In this document: positions 46,358-55,893 of the stretch, one piece after another
Layout of the letters: each line of letters begins with the position of its first letter
How positions within the stretch are numbered: position 1 is the first letter of the stretch
Source of the DNA: a bacterium HR10
GTDB taxonomy: Bacteria; Acidobacteriota; Blastocatellia; HR10
NCBI GenBank assembly: GCA_002923315.1
Contig: BEHM01000003.1
Coordinates: forward strand, 34,029 to 98,028
Reading direction: 5' to 3'
DNA: 64,000 nt
The notes under the pieces: model-generated
Told to the model about the DNA's origin: nothing
Seen by the model: only the letters and a program-made list of their open reading frames with translations
The model's database searches: none
Program-made: the position numbers and the translations under genes

Positions 46358-48205
46358 ATGGGGGTGCGGGAGATGGTCCTGGACGCTGATCGAGGGGCTT
46401 CCCTCGGACGACGCTGGTGGTCCTGGGAAGCTCCTCGCCGCGCTGGCGGGCGTGCGGAGTTGCTCCTCATTCTCCTCATTGGGGCTTCGCTGGGGATCCC
46501 GACGCTCCCACGGCGCGAGGCTCCACGCGCCTTCGACATTGAAAACGGACGCACCTGGGGGAGGGAACCGAGCGGGCCGATCTTCCAAATCCGCGCGCAT
46601 CGCATCGTCGAGCCGCAGCCGATTGATATCGAGCATTACAAGTTGCAGCTCACGCTCTTTCCTGAAGAACGTCGTCTCGACGGTCGGGTGACGATTCGCG
46701 GTCGTGCGACGGCGCCTGTTGATGAGGTTCGGATTGATCTGGTCACCGCGCTCGCGGTCGCACGGGTACTGCTGGATGGCGTGCCGGTTTCATTCACCCA
46801 CGCGGAGGATCGCGTGCGCGTGTTGGTGTCGCTCACTGCGGGACAGACGTTCACCCTCGTGATCGAATACGGTGGGCGACCGACGCCGATCGGGCGATTC
46901 CCCAGTGGGATGTTCTTCAGCTCCCATTCGGGATTTCCCGTCGTCGCGACGCTCAGCCAACCCGATGGCGCGCCCACCTGGTGGCCCTGCGTGGACGATC
47001 CCGCCGATAAGGCGACGGCGGACCTTGAGGTCACCGTCCCTCCGGGGTATGTGGTCGCCTCCAACGGGCTCCTGGAGGACGTGCGCCTTCATCCCGATGG
47101 ATGGCGCACCTATGTGTGGCGAGAGCGGTATCCGATCGCCACGTATCTCATCTCGATCGCGGCCACGAACTTCGTGGAATTCTCCGACGTCTACGTGGCG
47201 CGCGACGGCACGACGATGCCGCTCCTTTACTTCGTCTACCCGGAGCATTTGGATCGCGCGCAGCGCACCTTCCCGGTGACGCGCGAGGCGTTGCGCCTCT
47301 TCGCCGAGCTGTTCGGCGAGTATCCCTTCCTCGCCGAGAAATACGGCATGGCCGAATTCCCCTGGAGCGGGGCGATGGAGCATCAGACGATGACGAGCAT
47401 CGGGTCGTCCGCGCTCATGTCCGTGGATACCATTGTGCACGAGGCCGCCCATCAATGGTGGGGGAACATGGTGACGCCGCGCACCTGGCACGACATCTGG
47501 TTGAGCGAGGGGTTCGCCACCTACGGTGAGGTCCTCTTCCGCGAGCGGATGTACGGGGCCGATCCGGGACAGCTGTTGCGACAGCGAGATGACGGCCTCG
47601 CTTCCGGGCGGCTGCGCGGAACCGTGTACGCCGAGGACGCGACGGATCCGTTTGACGACATTCCCGCCATCTACACCAAGGGCGCGTGGGTCGTGCACAT
47701 GCTCCGGTATCTGCTCGGCGAGGATCGGTTCTTCGCGGCGCTGCGGGAATACGGACGGCGCTTCGCCTATGCGAATGCGAGCACAGAGGATATGCAGCGC
47801 GTCGTCTCCGAGTTCTACGGCGCGTCGCTCGACTGGTTCTTCGAGCAATGGGTCTATGCGCCAATGCGCCCGATCTATGCCTTCGCGTGGTCGGTGCAGC
47901 CGGAAGGCGCGGGCTATCGGCTTCGCCTGTGGCTGGAGCAGCGGCAGACGCATCTTGTTCCGAGGCGAGATCCGGCCCGGCCACCTATCTACATCATGCC
48001 GGTGGAGTTCACCCTTCGCTATGCGGATGGAACGGCGGAGGTGAAGCGCGTGTGGAATCAGGCGCGCCGCGAGGAGTTCACGTTCCTCCTGGAGCGTCCC
48101 CCCGTGAGCGTCACCTTCGACGAACGCGGGTGGGTCTTGAAGGAGGTCCTCAAAGGAGAACCCGCGAACGCGTTGGGGCTTGTCGGAGCTCGCTCGCGTG
48201 GGTGA
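46358..48205 (+). CDS. M1 family aminopeptidase
   Basis: GAMEH, HEAAHQWWGN..WLSEGFATY, YTKGA. Confidence 0.92.
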   Translation: MGVREMVLDADRGASLGRRWWSWEAPRRAGGRAELLLILLIGASLGIPTLPRREAPRAFDIENGRTWGREPSGPIFQIRAHRIVEPQPIDIEHYKLQLTLFPEERRLDGRVTIRGRATAPVDEVRIDLVTALAVARVLLDGVPVSFTHAEDRVRVLVSLTAGQTFTLVIEYGGRPTPIGRFPSGMFFSSHSGFPVVATLSQPDGAPTWWPCVDDPADKATADLEVTVPPGYVVASNGLLEDVRLHPDGWRTYVWRERYPIATYLISIAATNFVEFSDVYVARDGTTMPLLYFVYPEHLDRAQRTFPVTREALRLFAELFGEYPFLAEKYGMAEFPWSGAMEHQTMTSIGSSALMSVDTIVHEAAHQWWGNMVTPRTWHDIWLSEGFATYGEVLFRERMYGADPGQLLRQRDDGLASGRLRGTVYAEDATDPFDDIPAIYTKGAWVVHMLRYLLGEDRFFAALREYGRRFAYANASTEDMQRVVSEFYGASLDWFFEQWVYAPMRPIYAFAWSVQPEGAGYRLRLWLEQRQTHLVPRRDPARPPIYIMPVEFTLRYADGTAEVKRVWNQARREEFTFLLERPPVSVTFDERGWVLKEVLKGEPANALGLVGARSRG

Positions 48206-48212
48206 GATCGCC

Positions 48213-48242
48213 TTGACAAAGTGTGAGCTCTGCCGATATACT
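48213..48242 (+). promoter_or_regulatory. sigma70 promoter
   Basis: TTGACA-N18-TATACT. Confidence 0.7.
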
Positions 48243-48284
48243 CACGCGCGCTTTTTCGTGGAGATCAACTGGGACGTGGGACGG

Positions 48285-49001
48285 ATGGCCGTAGTATTGG
48301 AGACGCCAGTGGAAGAGCTGCGATTGAGGCGCTACCATCTGATGGTCCTCCTCTACTTCGTGGGTCTCTTCCTGGCGCAGTATGCGGTGGCCTATCGCTA
48401 TGCGGGCGCTTTTCCCCCCGAATGGCGGGGCCTGTTTCTGATGACGGTCGTCATGTTCTTTCTCTTCCAATCGCTCTTCATGGTGGCGGTCGTTCCCATG
48501 GGGATGCTGTTCATCTACTGTTGGCTCTATCTGATTGACATCCGGGCGCGGGCGCGCAGCCTCTATGCGATCGCCGCCACGTCGCTTTTGCCTTTCCTCG
48601 TGCTGCTGGGGGTGATCCTCGTCTATGTGGTCGCCATCATGGATGTGCATGTGCCGCCGACGTCAGACATTCAGAAGCTCGGCGAGTTGATTCGCGCCGA
48701 CCTCATGAGTAAGCGCTTCCCGGTTCGGGGATTGGGTCTGGCGGCGGCGATCCTGAGCGTCCTCATCTGCGCTCATCAGATTCGGCAGCGACTCGGGCTC
48801 AGCGAGCTGCTGCGGCAGCGAGTGCGCAGTGGGCCGACCTGGCTGCAACGTGTGGCCGAGCGTGTGGACTTGAGCGTGGTCGTCGCGCTCCTCATCCCGT
48901 TGACGTTCGTCGGGTCCTTGTACGCCTTCAATCGGGTGGGGAGTGTGTTCGCGGGGAATGTCTGGGAGAAGCTGAACCTGCCGATCCCGCCCCCGCAGTG
49001 A
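48285..49001 (+). CDS. Hypothetical multi-pass membrane protein
   Basis: About 5 hydrophobic helices; start placed downstream of the promoter. Confidence 0.65.
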   Translation: MAVVLETPVEELRLRRYHLMVLLYFVGLFLAQYAVAYRYAGAFPPEWRGLFLMTVVMFFLFQSLFMVAVVPMGMLFIYCWLYLIDIRARARSLYAIAATSLLPFLVLLGVILVYVVAIMDVHVPPTSDIQKLGELIRADLMSKRFPVRGLGLAAAILSVLICAHQIRQRLGLSELLRQRVRSGPTWLQRVAERVDLSVVVALLIPLTFVGSLYAFNRVGSVFAGNVWEKLNLPIPPPQ

Positions 49002-49420
49002 TGTCTGCTATGAGCCTGCTCTTTCCGAGTGCCGAATGGGCGCGCGCCTTTCGCGAGCAGATCAATGCCAGTTCCGCGTATCGGGAGTCGGCGGGCGATT
49101 GGCGCGCCGGGCCGATCTGCTTCGTCATCCGCTTCGGCGAGGAGAAGACCTATCTTCGGCTCGATCTCCATCAGGGGGAGTGTCGCGCGGCGGATGTGGT
49201 CACCCCTCAGGAAGGGGAGGGCGCGCCGTTTCTCATCTCGGCCGAGTACGAGGATTGGAAGCGACTCTTGCACGGGCAGCTCGATCCGGTGCGGGCGATC
49301 TGGATGGGGAAGTTGCGCGTTCGCGGTGATCTCTCGCTGCTGCTGCGCTACATGCGCGCGGCTCAAGCTCTGCTCGCGTGTGCGGCGCGCGTGCCCACGC
49401 GATTTCGGGATGAATCGTGA
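49001..49420 (+). CDS. SCP2 sterol/lipid-binding domain protein
   Basis: FPSAEW..INASSAY, W..LLHGQLDPV..MGKLRVRGD; start may be 48998, 49001 or 49010. Confidence 0.85.
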   Translation: MSAMSLLFPSAEWARAFREQINASSAYRESAGDWRAGPICFVIRFGEEKTYLRLDLHQGECRAADVVTPQEGEGAPFLISAEYEDWKRLLHGQLDPVRAIWMGKLRVRGDLSLLLRYMRAAQALLACAARVPTRFRDES

Positions 49421-49965
49421 TGGAGCTGAAGGGGGCACATTCGAGCGGATCGTGTCCGGCGACAAGAAGGGAGGAGACGAGGCGAACGGCAGAGCGCCTT
49501 CGGGCTCATGTTCAGAGCGTTCGGGCGCGGACGCTATCGGTACTTCGCCGCATTCCCCCGGATCGGATGACGTGGCGGCCGGTGGAAGGGATGCTCACGC
49601 TGGGACAACTGGTGCGGCATCTGGCTCAGGCCGAGATGATGTGTCAGGAGGTCGTGAAGGGGCATTGGGATTTGAAGCAGCTTCTGGCCGTGCGTCGCGA
49701 TCTGGATCTGATTGAGGCGACTGGTCCGGCCGAGAATCTCATGGCCGAGTTGGCGCTGCTTGAGGTGACGCACCGCGAGACGCTGGAGTTGCTGGGGACG
49801 CTCACGGATGAGGATCTCGCCCGTTCGATGAACGGGCTCGCCGGTCGCGTGACGCTGTATGACGTGATCCTCGGCCTCTGCGAGCACGAGGCGCATCATC
49901 GCGGGCAGATCGTCGCTTATCTTCGCATGCTCGGCATCGAGCATCTGTCCCCCTGGGGATTCTGA
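49417..49965 (+). CDS. DinB/YfiT family protein
   Basis: WRP..TLGQLVRHL, EHEAHHRGQIVAYLR. Confidence 0.88.
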   Translation: MMELKGAHSSGSCPATRREETRRTAERLRAHVQSVRARTLSVLRRIPPDRMTWRPVEGMLTLGQLVRHLAQAEMMCQEVVKGHWDLKQLLAVRRDLDLIEATGPAENLMAELALLEVTHRETLELLGTLTDEDLARSMNGLAGRVTLYDVILGLCEHEAHHRGQIVAYLRMLGIEHLSPWGF

Positions 49966-50089
49966 TCATCGGGGTGTGGCCCCTGCGCTCCCCCCTCGGA
50001 GGCTCTTCGGAAGTGAGTCCCCTGCGCTCTCGATCTTGTCCTCCCCGGGGTGAGGCGGTATAAGATAAGAGGCATCGAAGGGGGGAAGG

Positions 50090-50605
50090 ATGTTCACGCC
50101 ACCTTCAGACGTGGAGCGAGAGGAGCGGCGGCGACGATGGCGGGTCCTCGCGATCACAGCCATTGGGTTTGCCGTGATCGGAGGACTCGTCCTGTATTGG
50201 AGCGCGCGGCGCACGACGTCGGGGCCGGCTGGCTCTGCGGGGGCGGGGCTCACCGGGTTCGTAGCGGCGGGCTCTCCGGAGTTCGAAGCCTATCGCCGGT
50301 TTGTGACGGTGGAGAATCAGGAGGCGACGCAGGCGCAAAATCTCATCGGGCAGAAGCAGGTCGTCGTCTACGGGGTGCTCACCAATCGGGGATCGCGCAC
50401 GCTCACGGGGGTGCAGGTTCGCGCCATCGTCTACGATATGGAGAATCGGCCTGTGGCTGAGCGCACGGCCTTCCCGATCCCGCGTCGGAGACCGAGCTTG
50501 GGGCCGAATGAATCCATGGTCATTCAGGTCAATGTGGATAATGTCCCGCCCAAGGCTGAGCTGGCGCGGTTTGAGATCGTGGTCGAAGGGTTGCGGTTCC
50601 AATGA
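50090..50605 (+). CDS. Membrane-anchored Ig-like (FxLYD/DUF3426-like) protein
   Basis: One TM helix; VYGVLTNRGSRTL..AIVYD..LGPNES. Confidence 0.6.
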   Translation: MFTPPSDVEREERRRRWRVLAITAIGFAVIGGLVLYWSARRTTSGPAGSAGAGLTGFVAAGSPEFEAYRRFVTVENQEATQAQNLIGQKQVVVYGVLTNRGSRTLTGVQVRAIVYDMENRPVAERTAFPIPRRRPSLGPNESMVIQVNVDNVPPKAELARFEIVVEGLRFQ

Positions 50606-50678
50606 TGGCACCGGGCTCGTCCCGTGAGCGCGACCGCGCGCCTCTGGTCCGCCTCTCCTCGTGGGTGAGGAGCAGGCT

Positions 50679-51308
50679 ATGAGGAGAACATCGGCTTTTT
50701 ACTTCGGGATCGTGAGCATCGGGGTGCTGCTTGCTCTCGCGCTTTCGAGTGGGGGGCAGCAGCGGTCCGCCACATCGTCGGCGCGGCGTGCGCCCGGCCT
50801 GTATGCCATCTTCGAGACGAGCATGGGGCGGATCGTGTGTCGGCTCTTCGAGCAGGAGGCGCCCAAGGCCGTCGCCAATTTCGTGGGGTTGGCGGAAGGG
50901 ACGAAGGAGCACATCTCGCCATGGACCGGGCGGAAGATCAAGAAGCGGTTTTACGATGGCTTGATGTTCCATCGCGTCATCCCGAATTTCATCATTCAAT
51001 CGGGGGATCCGACGGCGACCGGTCGGTATACGCCGGGCTATACGTTCGAGGATGAGATTCGTCCGAATTTGAAGTTCGACAAGCCGGGGCGTTTGGCGAT
51101 GGCCAATCGCGGGCCGAACACCAATGGGAGTCAATTCTTCATCACCGTCGCGCCGGCGCCGCATCTGAACGGCAAGCACACGATCTTCGGCGAAGTCGTC
51201 GAGGGGTTGGACGTCGCTCGGCGGATCGCCAACGTCCCGCGCGACGCGACGGACAAGCCGATCCGCCCTGTGCTCATTCAAAGGGTGATCATCGAGCGGG
51301 TGAAGTGA
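50679..51308 (+). CDS. Cyclophilin-type peptidyl-prolyl isomerase, exported
   Basis: FYDGLMFHRVIPNF, AMANRGPNTNGSQFFIT, HTIFGEV; signal peptide. Confidence 0.95.
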   Translation: MRRTSAFYFGIVSIGVLLALALSSGGQQRSATSSARRAPGLYAIFETSMGRIVCRLFEQEAPKAVANFVGLAEGTKEHISPWTGRKIKKRFYDGLMFHRVIPNFIIQSGDPTATGRYTPGYTFEDEIRPNLKFDKPGRLAMANRGPNTNGSQFFITVAPAPHLNGKHTIFGEVVEGLDVARRIANVPRDATDKPIRPVLIQRVIIERVK

Positions 51309-51380
51309 GCGCGCATTGCCCGAAAGGAGGTGAGCAGGCGGCGCGCGACTCTCTATGGGGAGCGCGCCCGCAGTGAGCGT

Positions 51381-53129
51381 ATGCGATTCGCCAGACTCGT
51401 GGACTATTTCGAGCGGCTGGAGGCGACGACCAAGCGGCTGGAGATGTTCGACATCTTGAGCGACTTGTTTCGCGACGTGGAGGCGGAGGAGATCGCCCCG
51501 GTCGTCTATTTGCTGGAAGAGCAGTTAGCGCCGCCTTTTCGCGGCATTGAGATCGGGATGGCCGAGAAGCTCGTGCTGCGCGCCATCGCGAAGGCCACGG
51601 GGGTCGAGGAAGGGCGCGTGACGACGCTGTACAAGAAGTTGGGCGATCCCGGGCTGGTCGTCGAGCGGCTGCTTGAACAGAAGAAGGAGGCGTCCGCGCG
51701 CGGGAAGCTCACCGTCCTCGCCGTCTACACGCGCTTGATGGAGATCGCGGAGCAAACGGGTGAAGGGAGCGTCGAGCGCAAGATACAGGGGCTGAGCGAC
51801 CTGTTGGCGGAAGCCGGGCCGAAGGAGGCGCGCTATATCGCGCGGTTCGTCATGGGACGATTGCGCTTGGGGATCGGTGATCCCACGATCTTGGATGCGC
51901 TCTCGAAGGCGGTGGCGGGAGATCGGAGCTTGAGGCCAGAGTTGGAGCGGGCCTACAACCTCTGTTCCGATCTCGGATTGGTCGCGCGGACGCTTCGAGA
52001 ACAGGGTCTGGATGGGATTCGCGCCTTTCGGGTCCGCGTCGGCCATCCGATTCGTATGGCTCTGGCCGAGCGGTTGCCCACGGCTGAGGAGATCATCCGG
52101 CGGCTCGGGCGGTGTGCCGTCGAGGTGAAGATTGATGGATTTCGCTGTCAGGTGCACAAGCAGGGGAATACGGTGGAGATCTTCTCTCGAAATCTCGAGC
52201 GCACGACGCCGATGTTCCCGGACATCGTCGAGGGGGTGCGGCAACAGGTGGCCGCGCGCGAGGCGATTTTCGAGGGCGAGGCCGTCGCCGTGAACGAGGA
52301 GACGGGCGAGATCTATCCCTTCCAGGTCACCGTTCAGCGCAAGCGCAAGCATGGGGTCGCAGAGATGGCGCGCGAATATCCGCTGGTGCTGTACGCCTTC
52401 GATCTGCTCTATAGCGATGGCGTGGACTATACGCCGGAGCCGTATGAGCGGCGACGAGAGGCGCTGGAGCGAATGATCCGCCCGGGCGATCGGCTCAAGC
52501 TTGCCGAGATGATCATCACTGATGATCCTAAGGTCGTGGAGCGGTTCTTCGAGGAGAGCATCGAGCGCGGGTTGGAGGGCATCGTCGCCAAGCGGCTCGA
52601 CGCGCCGTATCAAGCGGGCGCACGTGGCTTCCATTGGATCAAGCTCAAGCGCTCGTACAAGGGCGAGCTGAGCGATACGCTCGATGTCGTGCTGATCGGC
52701 TATTTCCACGGACGCGGGTCGCGGGCGCGACTGGGCATCGGGGCGTTGCTCGGAGCTGTGTACGATGAGGAGAGTGACACGTTCAAGACGATCGCGAAGA
52801 TCGGGAGCGGATTGAGCGAGGAGGAATGGGTGCGGATTCGCGAGCTGCTCGATCGCTCGCGCGTGTCGCATCGTCCCGCGCGCGTGGATTCGCTCATTGA
52901 GCCCGACGTGTGGGTGGAACCCCGCTATGTCGTGACGGTGCTGGCGGATGAGATCACGAAGTCGCCGGTCCACACCTGCGGTAAGCGCGATGATGAGCCG
53001 GGTTATGCGTTGCGCTTTCCCCGCGTCGTCGGCTGGATTCGGGAGGACAAGCGGCCGGAGGATGCCAACACGGTGCGCGAGGTGCTGGAGATGTATGAGA
53101 TGCAGAAGCGGGTGAAGCTCGCCGGATGA
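51381..53129 (+). CDS. lig: ATP-dependent DNA ligase, archaeal/LigI-type with an N-terminal DNA-binding domain
   Basis: EVKIDGFR (motif I), IFSRNLE, EGIVAK, WIKLK, LRFPR. Confidence 0.93.
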   Translation: MRFARLVDYFERLEATTKRLEMFDILSDLFRDVEAEEIAPVVYLLEEQLAPPFRGIEIGMAEKLVLRAIAKATGVEEGRVTTLYKKLGDPGLVVERLLEQKKEASARGKLTVLAVYTRLMEIAEQTGEGSVERKIQGLSDLLAEAGPKEARYIARFVMGRLRLGIGDPTILDALSKAVAGDRSLRPELERAYNLCSDLGLVARTLREQGLDGIRAFRVRVGHPIRMALAERLPTAEEIIRRLGRCAVEVKIDGFRCQVHKQGNTVEIFSRNLERTTPMFPDIVEGVRQQVAAREAIFEGEAVAVNEETGEIYPFQVTVQRKRKHGVAEMAREYPLVLYAFDLLYSDGVDYTPEPYERRREALERMIRPGDRLKLAEMIITDDPKVVERFFEESIERGLEGIVAKRLDAPYQAGARGFHWIKLKRSYKGELSDTLDVVLIGYFHGRGSRARLGIGALLGAVYDEESDTFKTIAKIGSGLSEEEWVRIRELLDRSRVSHRPARVDSLIEPDVWVEPRYVVTVLADEITKSPVHTCGKRDDEPGYALRFPRVVGWIREDKRPEDANTVREVLEMYEMQKRVKLAG

Positions 53130-53205
53130 TTCGGCGGAGCCATCACGCGCGGGGGATTTGGCGGCGTGAGTCCTCCCTGCACTTTCCGATGCCCCTTCGT
53201 CTGAT

Positions 53206-54654
53206 ATGCCTCCCCACCGCGCACATCGCGTGATGCAGCTTCGTCGTGAGATCTCCCCCACGGCCGCGCGGTGGGGAGTGGTCTTCCTGACGGGCGTGGG
53301 GGTGGCTCTGGCGCCCAGGCCCGAAGAGATCGCGCGCGAGTCGTGGCATCTGCTGGCGATCTTCCTGGCGACGATCGTGGGGCTGATCGCGCAGCCGATG
53401 CCGGGTGGGGCGATGGTGCTCCTGGGCGTGCTCGCGCTCGCCATCACGGGAACGATGCCCGTCGGTGAGGCGCTCGCCGGGTATGCCGACCCTATTGTCT
53501 GGCTCGTGCTGGCGGCCTTCTTCTTCGCGCGCGGGATGATCAAGACGGGGCTCGGGCGGCGCATCGCCTTCCTCTTCATTCGCGCCGTGGGGCGACATTC
53601 GCTCGGTCTGGGCTATGCGCTGGCGGCGACGGACATGGTGCTGGCGATGATCATCCCGTCAAATGGCGCGCGGTGCGGGGGGATTCTCTTCCCCATCGCG
53701 CGGAGCCTAGCCGAAGCGTACGATTCGCGACCCGGAGATTCAGCGCGCCGATTGGGCGCGTTCCTCATGGTCCTCGTCTATCAGTGCGAGGTCATCGTGT
53801 GCGCGATGTTCTTGACCGGACAGGCCTCCAATCCCTTGATCGCGAAGTTCGCCGAGCAAGTGGCGGGCATCTCGCTCTCGTACGCGCGTTGGGCCGTGGG
53901 GGCGATCGTGCCCGGCGTGCTCTCGTTCGCGCTCATCCCCGTGCTCGTGTATCGGTTGTTTCCGCCGGAGCAGAGGCGCACGCCTGAGGCGGCGACTTTC
54001 GCCGAAGCGGAGTTGAAACGCCTGGGGCCGATGTCGCGTCAGGAGAAGGTGATGCTCCTGGTCTTCCTCATCGTGGCCGCCCTCTGGATGACGATGAGTT
54101 GGCACGGCATTCACTATGCCGTGATCGCGCTCCTGGGGATCGCGTTGCTGCTCCTCGGCGGCGTGTTGAACTGGGAGGACATCATCGCCGAGCGCGGCGC
54201 CTGGGATGTCTTCCTCTGGTACGGGGGCCTCGTGCGCATGGGCGGGGCGTTGGGCGAGACCGATCTCACGCGGCGTTTCGCGGAGGCGGCAGCGGCCGTG
54301 ACGGCCGGATGGAGTTGGTGGGGAGCGTGGCTTGTTCTGGCACTCATCTACTTTTACGCGCACTATGGGTTCGCGAGCATCACGGCGCATGTGACGGCCA
54401 TGTACATCCCGTTTCTCGTCGTCGTGCTCGCGGCGGGGGCTCCGGCTCCGCTAGCCGTGCACGCGCTCGCTTATCTCTCGAACGTGATGGCCGGACTCAC
54501 GCATTACGGGACGACGCCGGCACCCATCTACTTCGGTGCGGGGTATGTCGCGCAGACGGTGTGGTGGCGGCTGGGGGTGATCGCCTCCTGGGTGAATCTG
54601 GCGATCTGGCTGGGCATCGGAGCGGTGTGGTGGAGGGCGCTCGGGTGGTGGTGA
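53206..54654 (+). CDS. DASS family (CitT/TtdT-like) dicarboxylate transporter
   Basis: KTGLGRRIA, PSNGARCGG, MFLTGQASNPL, HYGFASITAH, THYGTTPAPIYFG. Confidence 0.92.
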   Translation: MPPHRAHRVMQLRREISPTAARWGVVFLTGVGVALAPRPEEIARESWHLLAIFLATIVGLIAQPMPGGAMVLLGVLALAITGTMPVGEALAGYADPIVWLVLAAFFFARGMIKTGLGRRIAFLFIRAVGRHSLGLGYALAATDMVLAMIIPSNGARCGGILFPIARSLAEAYDSRPGDSARRLGAFLMVLVYQCEVIVCAMFLTGQASNPLIAKFAEQVAGISLSYARWAVGAIVPGVLSFALIPVLVYRLFPPEQRRTPEAATFAEAELKRLGPMSRQEKVMLLVFLIVAALWMTMSWHGIHYAVIALLGIALLLLGGVLNWEDIIAERGAWDVFLWYGGLVRMGGALGETDLTRRFAEAAAAVTAGWSWWGAWLVLALIYFYAHYGFASITAHVTAMYIPFLVVVLAAGAPAPLAVHALAYLSNVMAGLTHYGTTPAPIYFGAGYVAQTVWWRLGVIASWVNLAIWLGIGAVWWRALGWW

Positions 54655-54795
54655 GCTTGGCGCGCGATGGTCTCCACCCTCGTTCGCGGATGGGGGATCG
54701 CTTGGTCAGGTGGCGCGGGCGTGAGGGCATCGGCTCGCCGATCGGGGCTGCCCGGCGCGCGAGGCTCCGATACGTTTTCACGTGAGCGCGGTGGG

Positions 54796-55884
54796 ATGGA
54801 TACGATCACGCATGGAATGATCACTCGGGTTTTCGCGAAGGCGATTGTCCCGGAGCCGCGCGGGCGCGATCTCGTCGTGCTCGCCACCGTCTGCAGCGTG
54901 CTGCCGGATATAGACATCTTCTTTGGGGCGGGCGATCCGCTGGCGTCGTTGCAGAACCATCGAGGGATCACACATTCGCTTCTCGGAGCCGTCCTGCTGG
55001 GGTTCCCCATCGCGGCGCTCGCTTATCATCGGGTTCCGCGCGCGCTCTTCATGTGGTGGCGCGGTGCGGAGAGTCGGGTCATCGTCGGCAATCCCCATGG
55101 GCGCGAGGACGCATCGCTCGGCTTTTGGGCGTTTTACCTGGCGAGTGTCCTCGGCATCGGTTCGCACATCTTCTTCGATCTCGTGACGTCGTATGGGACG
55201 ATGATCCTGCAACCGTTCTCCGATCGGCGGTTCAGTCTCGACCTCTGGTTCATCATTGATCCGTACGTGTGGCTGATCCTCAGTGTGCCGTGGCTTCTTC
55301 GGCGCGCATTCGGACGGCGCGCGTGGCGAGCGGGATGGGCATATCGTGTCGGCGCGATGCTGCTGGTGGGGTATGTGGGACTCGCCGCGTGGGTGCAGGT
55401 GGCGGCCCTTCGGCGACTGCAGGCGTGGGTGCGAGCGGAGGGTATCTCGGCCGTGACGATCGGGGCCATCCCCGTCGCTTTCTCGCCCCTTCATCGAAAA
55501 GGCATCGTCATGACGCCCGATCGCGTGTACGACATCCCGGTTCGAGTCCTGCGCGCCGATTTCGGTCCCATCGCCGTTCATCCTTCGCCGTTTCGCACCG
55601 ACGATCCGTTCATCCTCCAAGCGTGGGCGACGCCCGAGGGGAAGCGGTATCGCTGGTTCGCCCGCTTCCCTCTGGCGATGCGCCACGAAGAGGGAGGACG
55701 GCAGCGCGTCATCCTCTACGACTTGAGATTCGAAGGACGATTGGAGGACCTGGATGCCGTGGGGCGAGCGATCGCGCGCGCGCTCCTTCGGCGCTGGCCG
55801 GCACTGATGGAGCGAAAGCGGCAGGCTCTGGAGGTCGTCTTCGACACGCGCGGGCGGATCGAGCAGATCCGGTTCGTGCGCTGA
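54796..55884 (+). CDS. YdjM-like inner-membrane metal-dependent hydrolase
   Basis: MDTITHG, LPDID, HRGITHS, SHIFFD..TSYGT, FIIDP. Confidence 0.85.
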   Translation: MDTITHGMITRVFAKAIVPEPRGRDLVVLATVCSVLPDIDIFFGAGDPLASLQNHRGITHSLLGAVLLGFPIAALAYHRVPRALFMWWRGAESRVIVGNPHGREDASLGFWAFYLASVLGIGSHIFFDLVTSYGTMILQPFSDRRFSLDLWFIIDPYVWLILSVPWLLRRAFGRRAWRAGWAYRVGAMLLVGYVGLAAWVQVAALRRLQAWVRAEGISAVTIGAIPVAFSPLHRKGIVMTPDRVYDIPVRVLRADFGPIAVHPSPFRTDDPFILQAWATPEGKRYRWFARFPLAMRHEEGGRQRVILYDLRFEGRLEDLDAVGRAIARALLRRWPALMERKRQALEVVFDTRGRIEQIRFVR

Positions 55885-55893
55885 AGAACGCCG

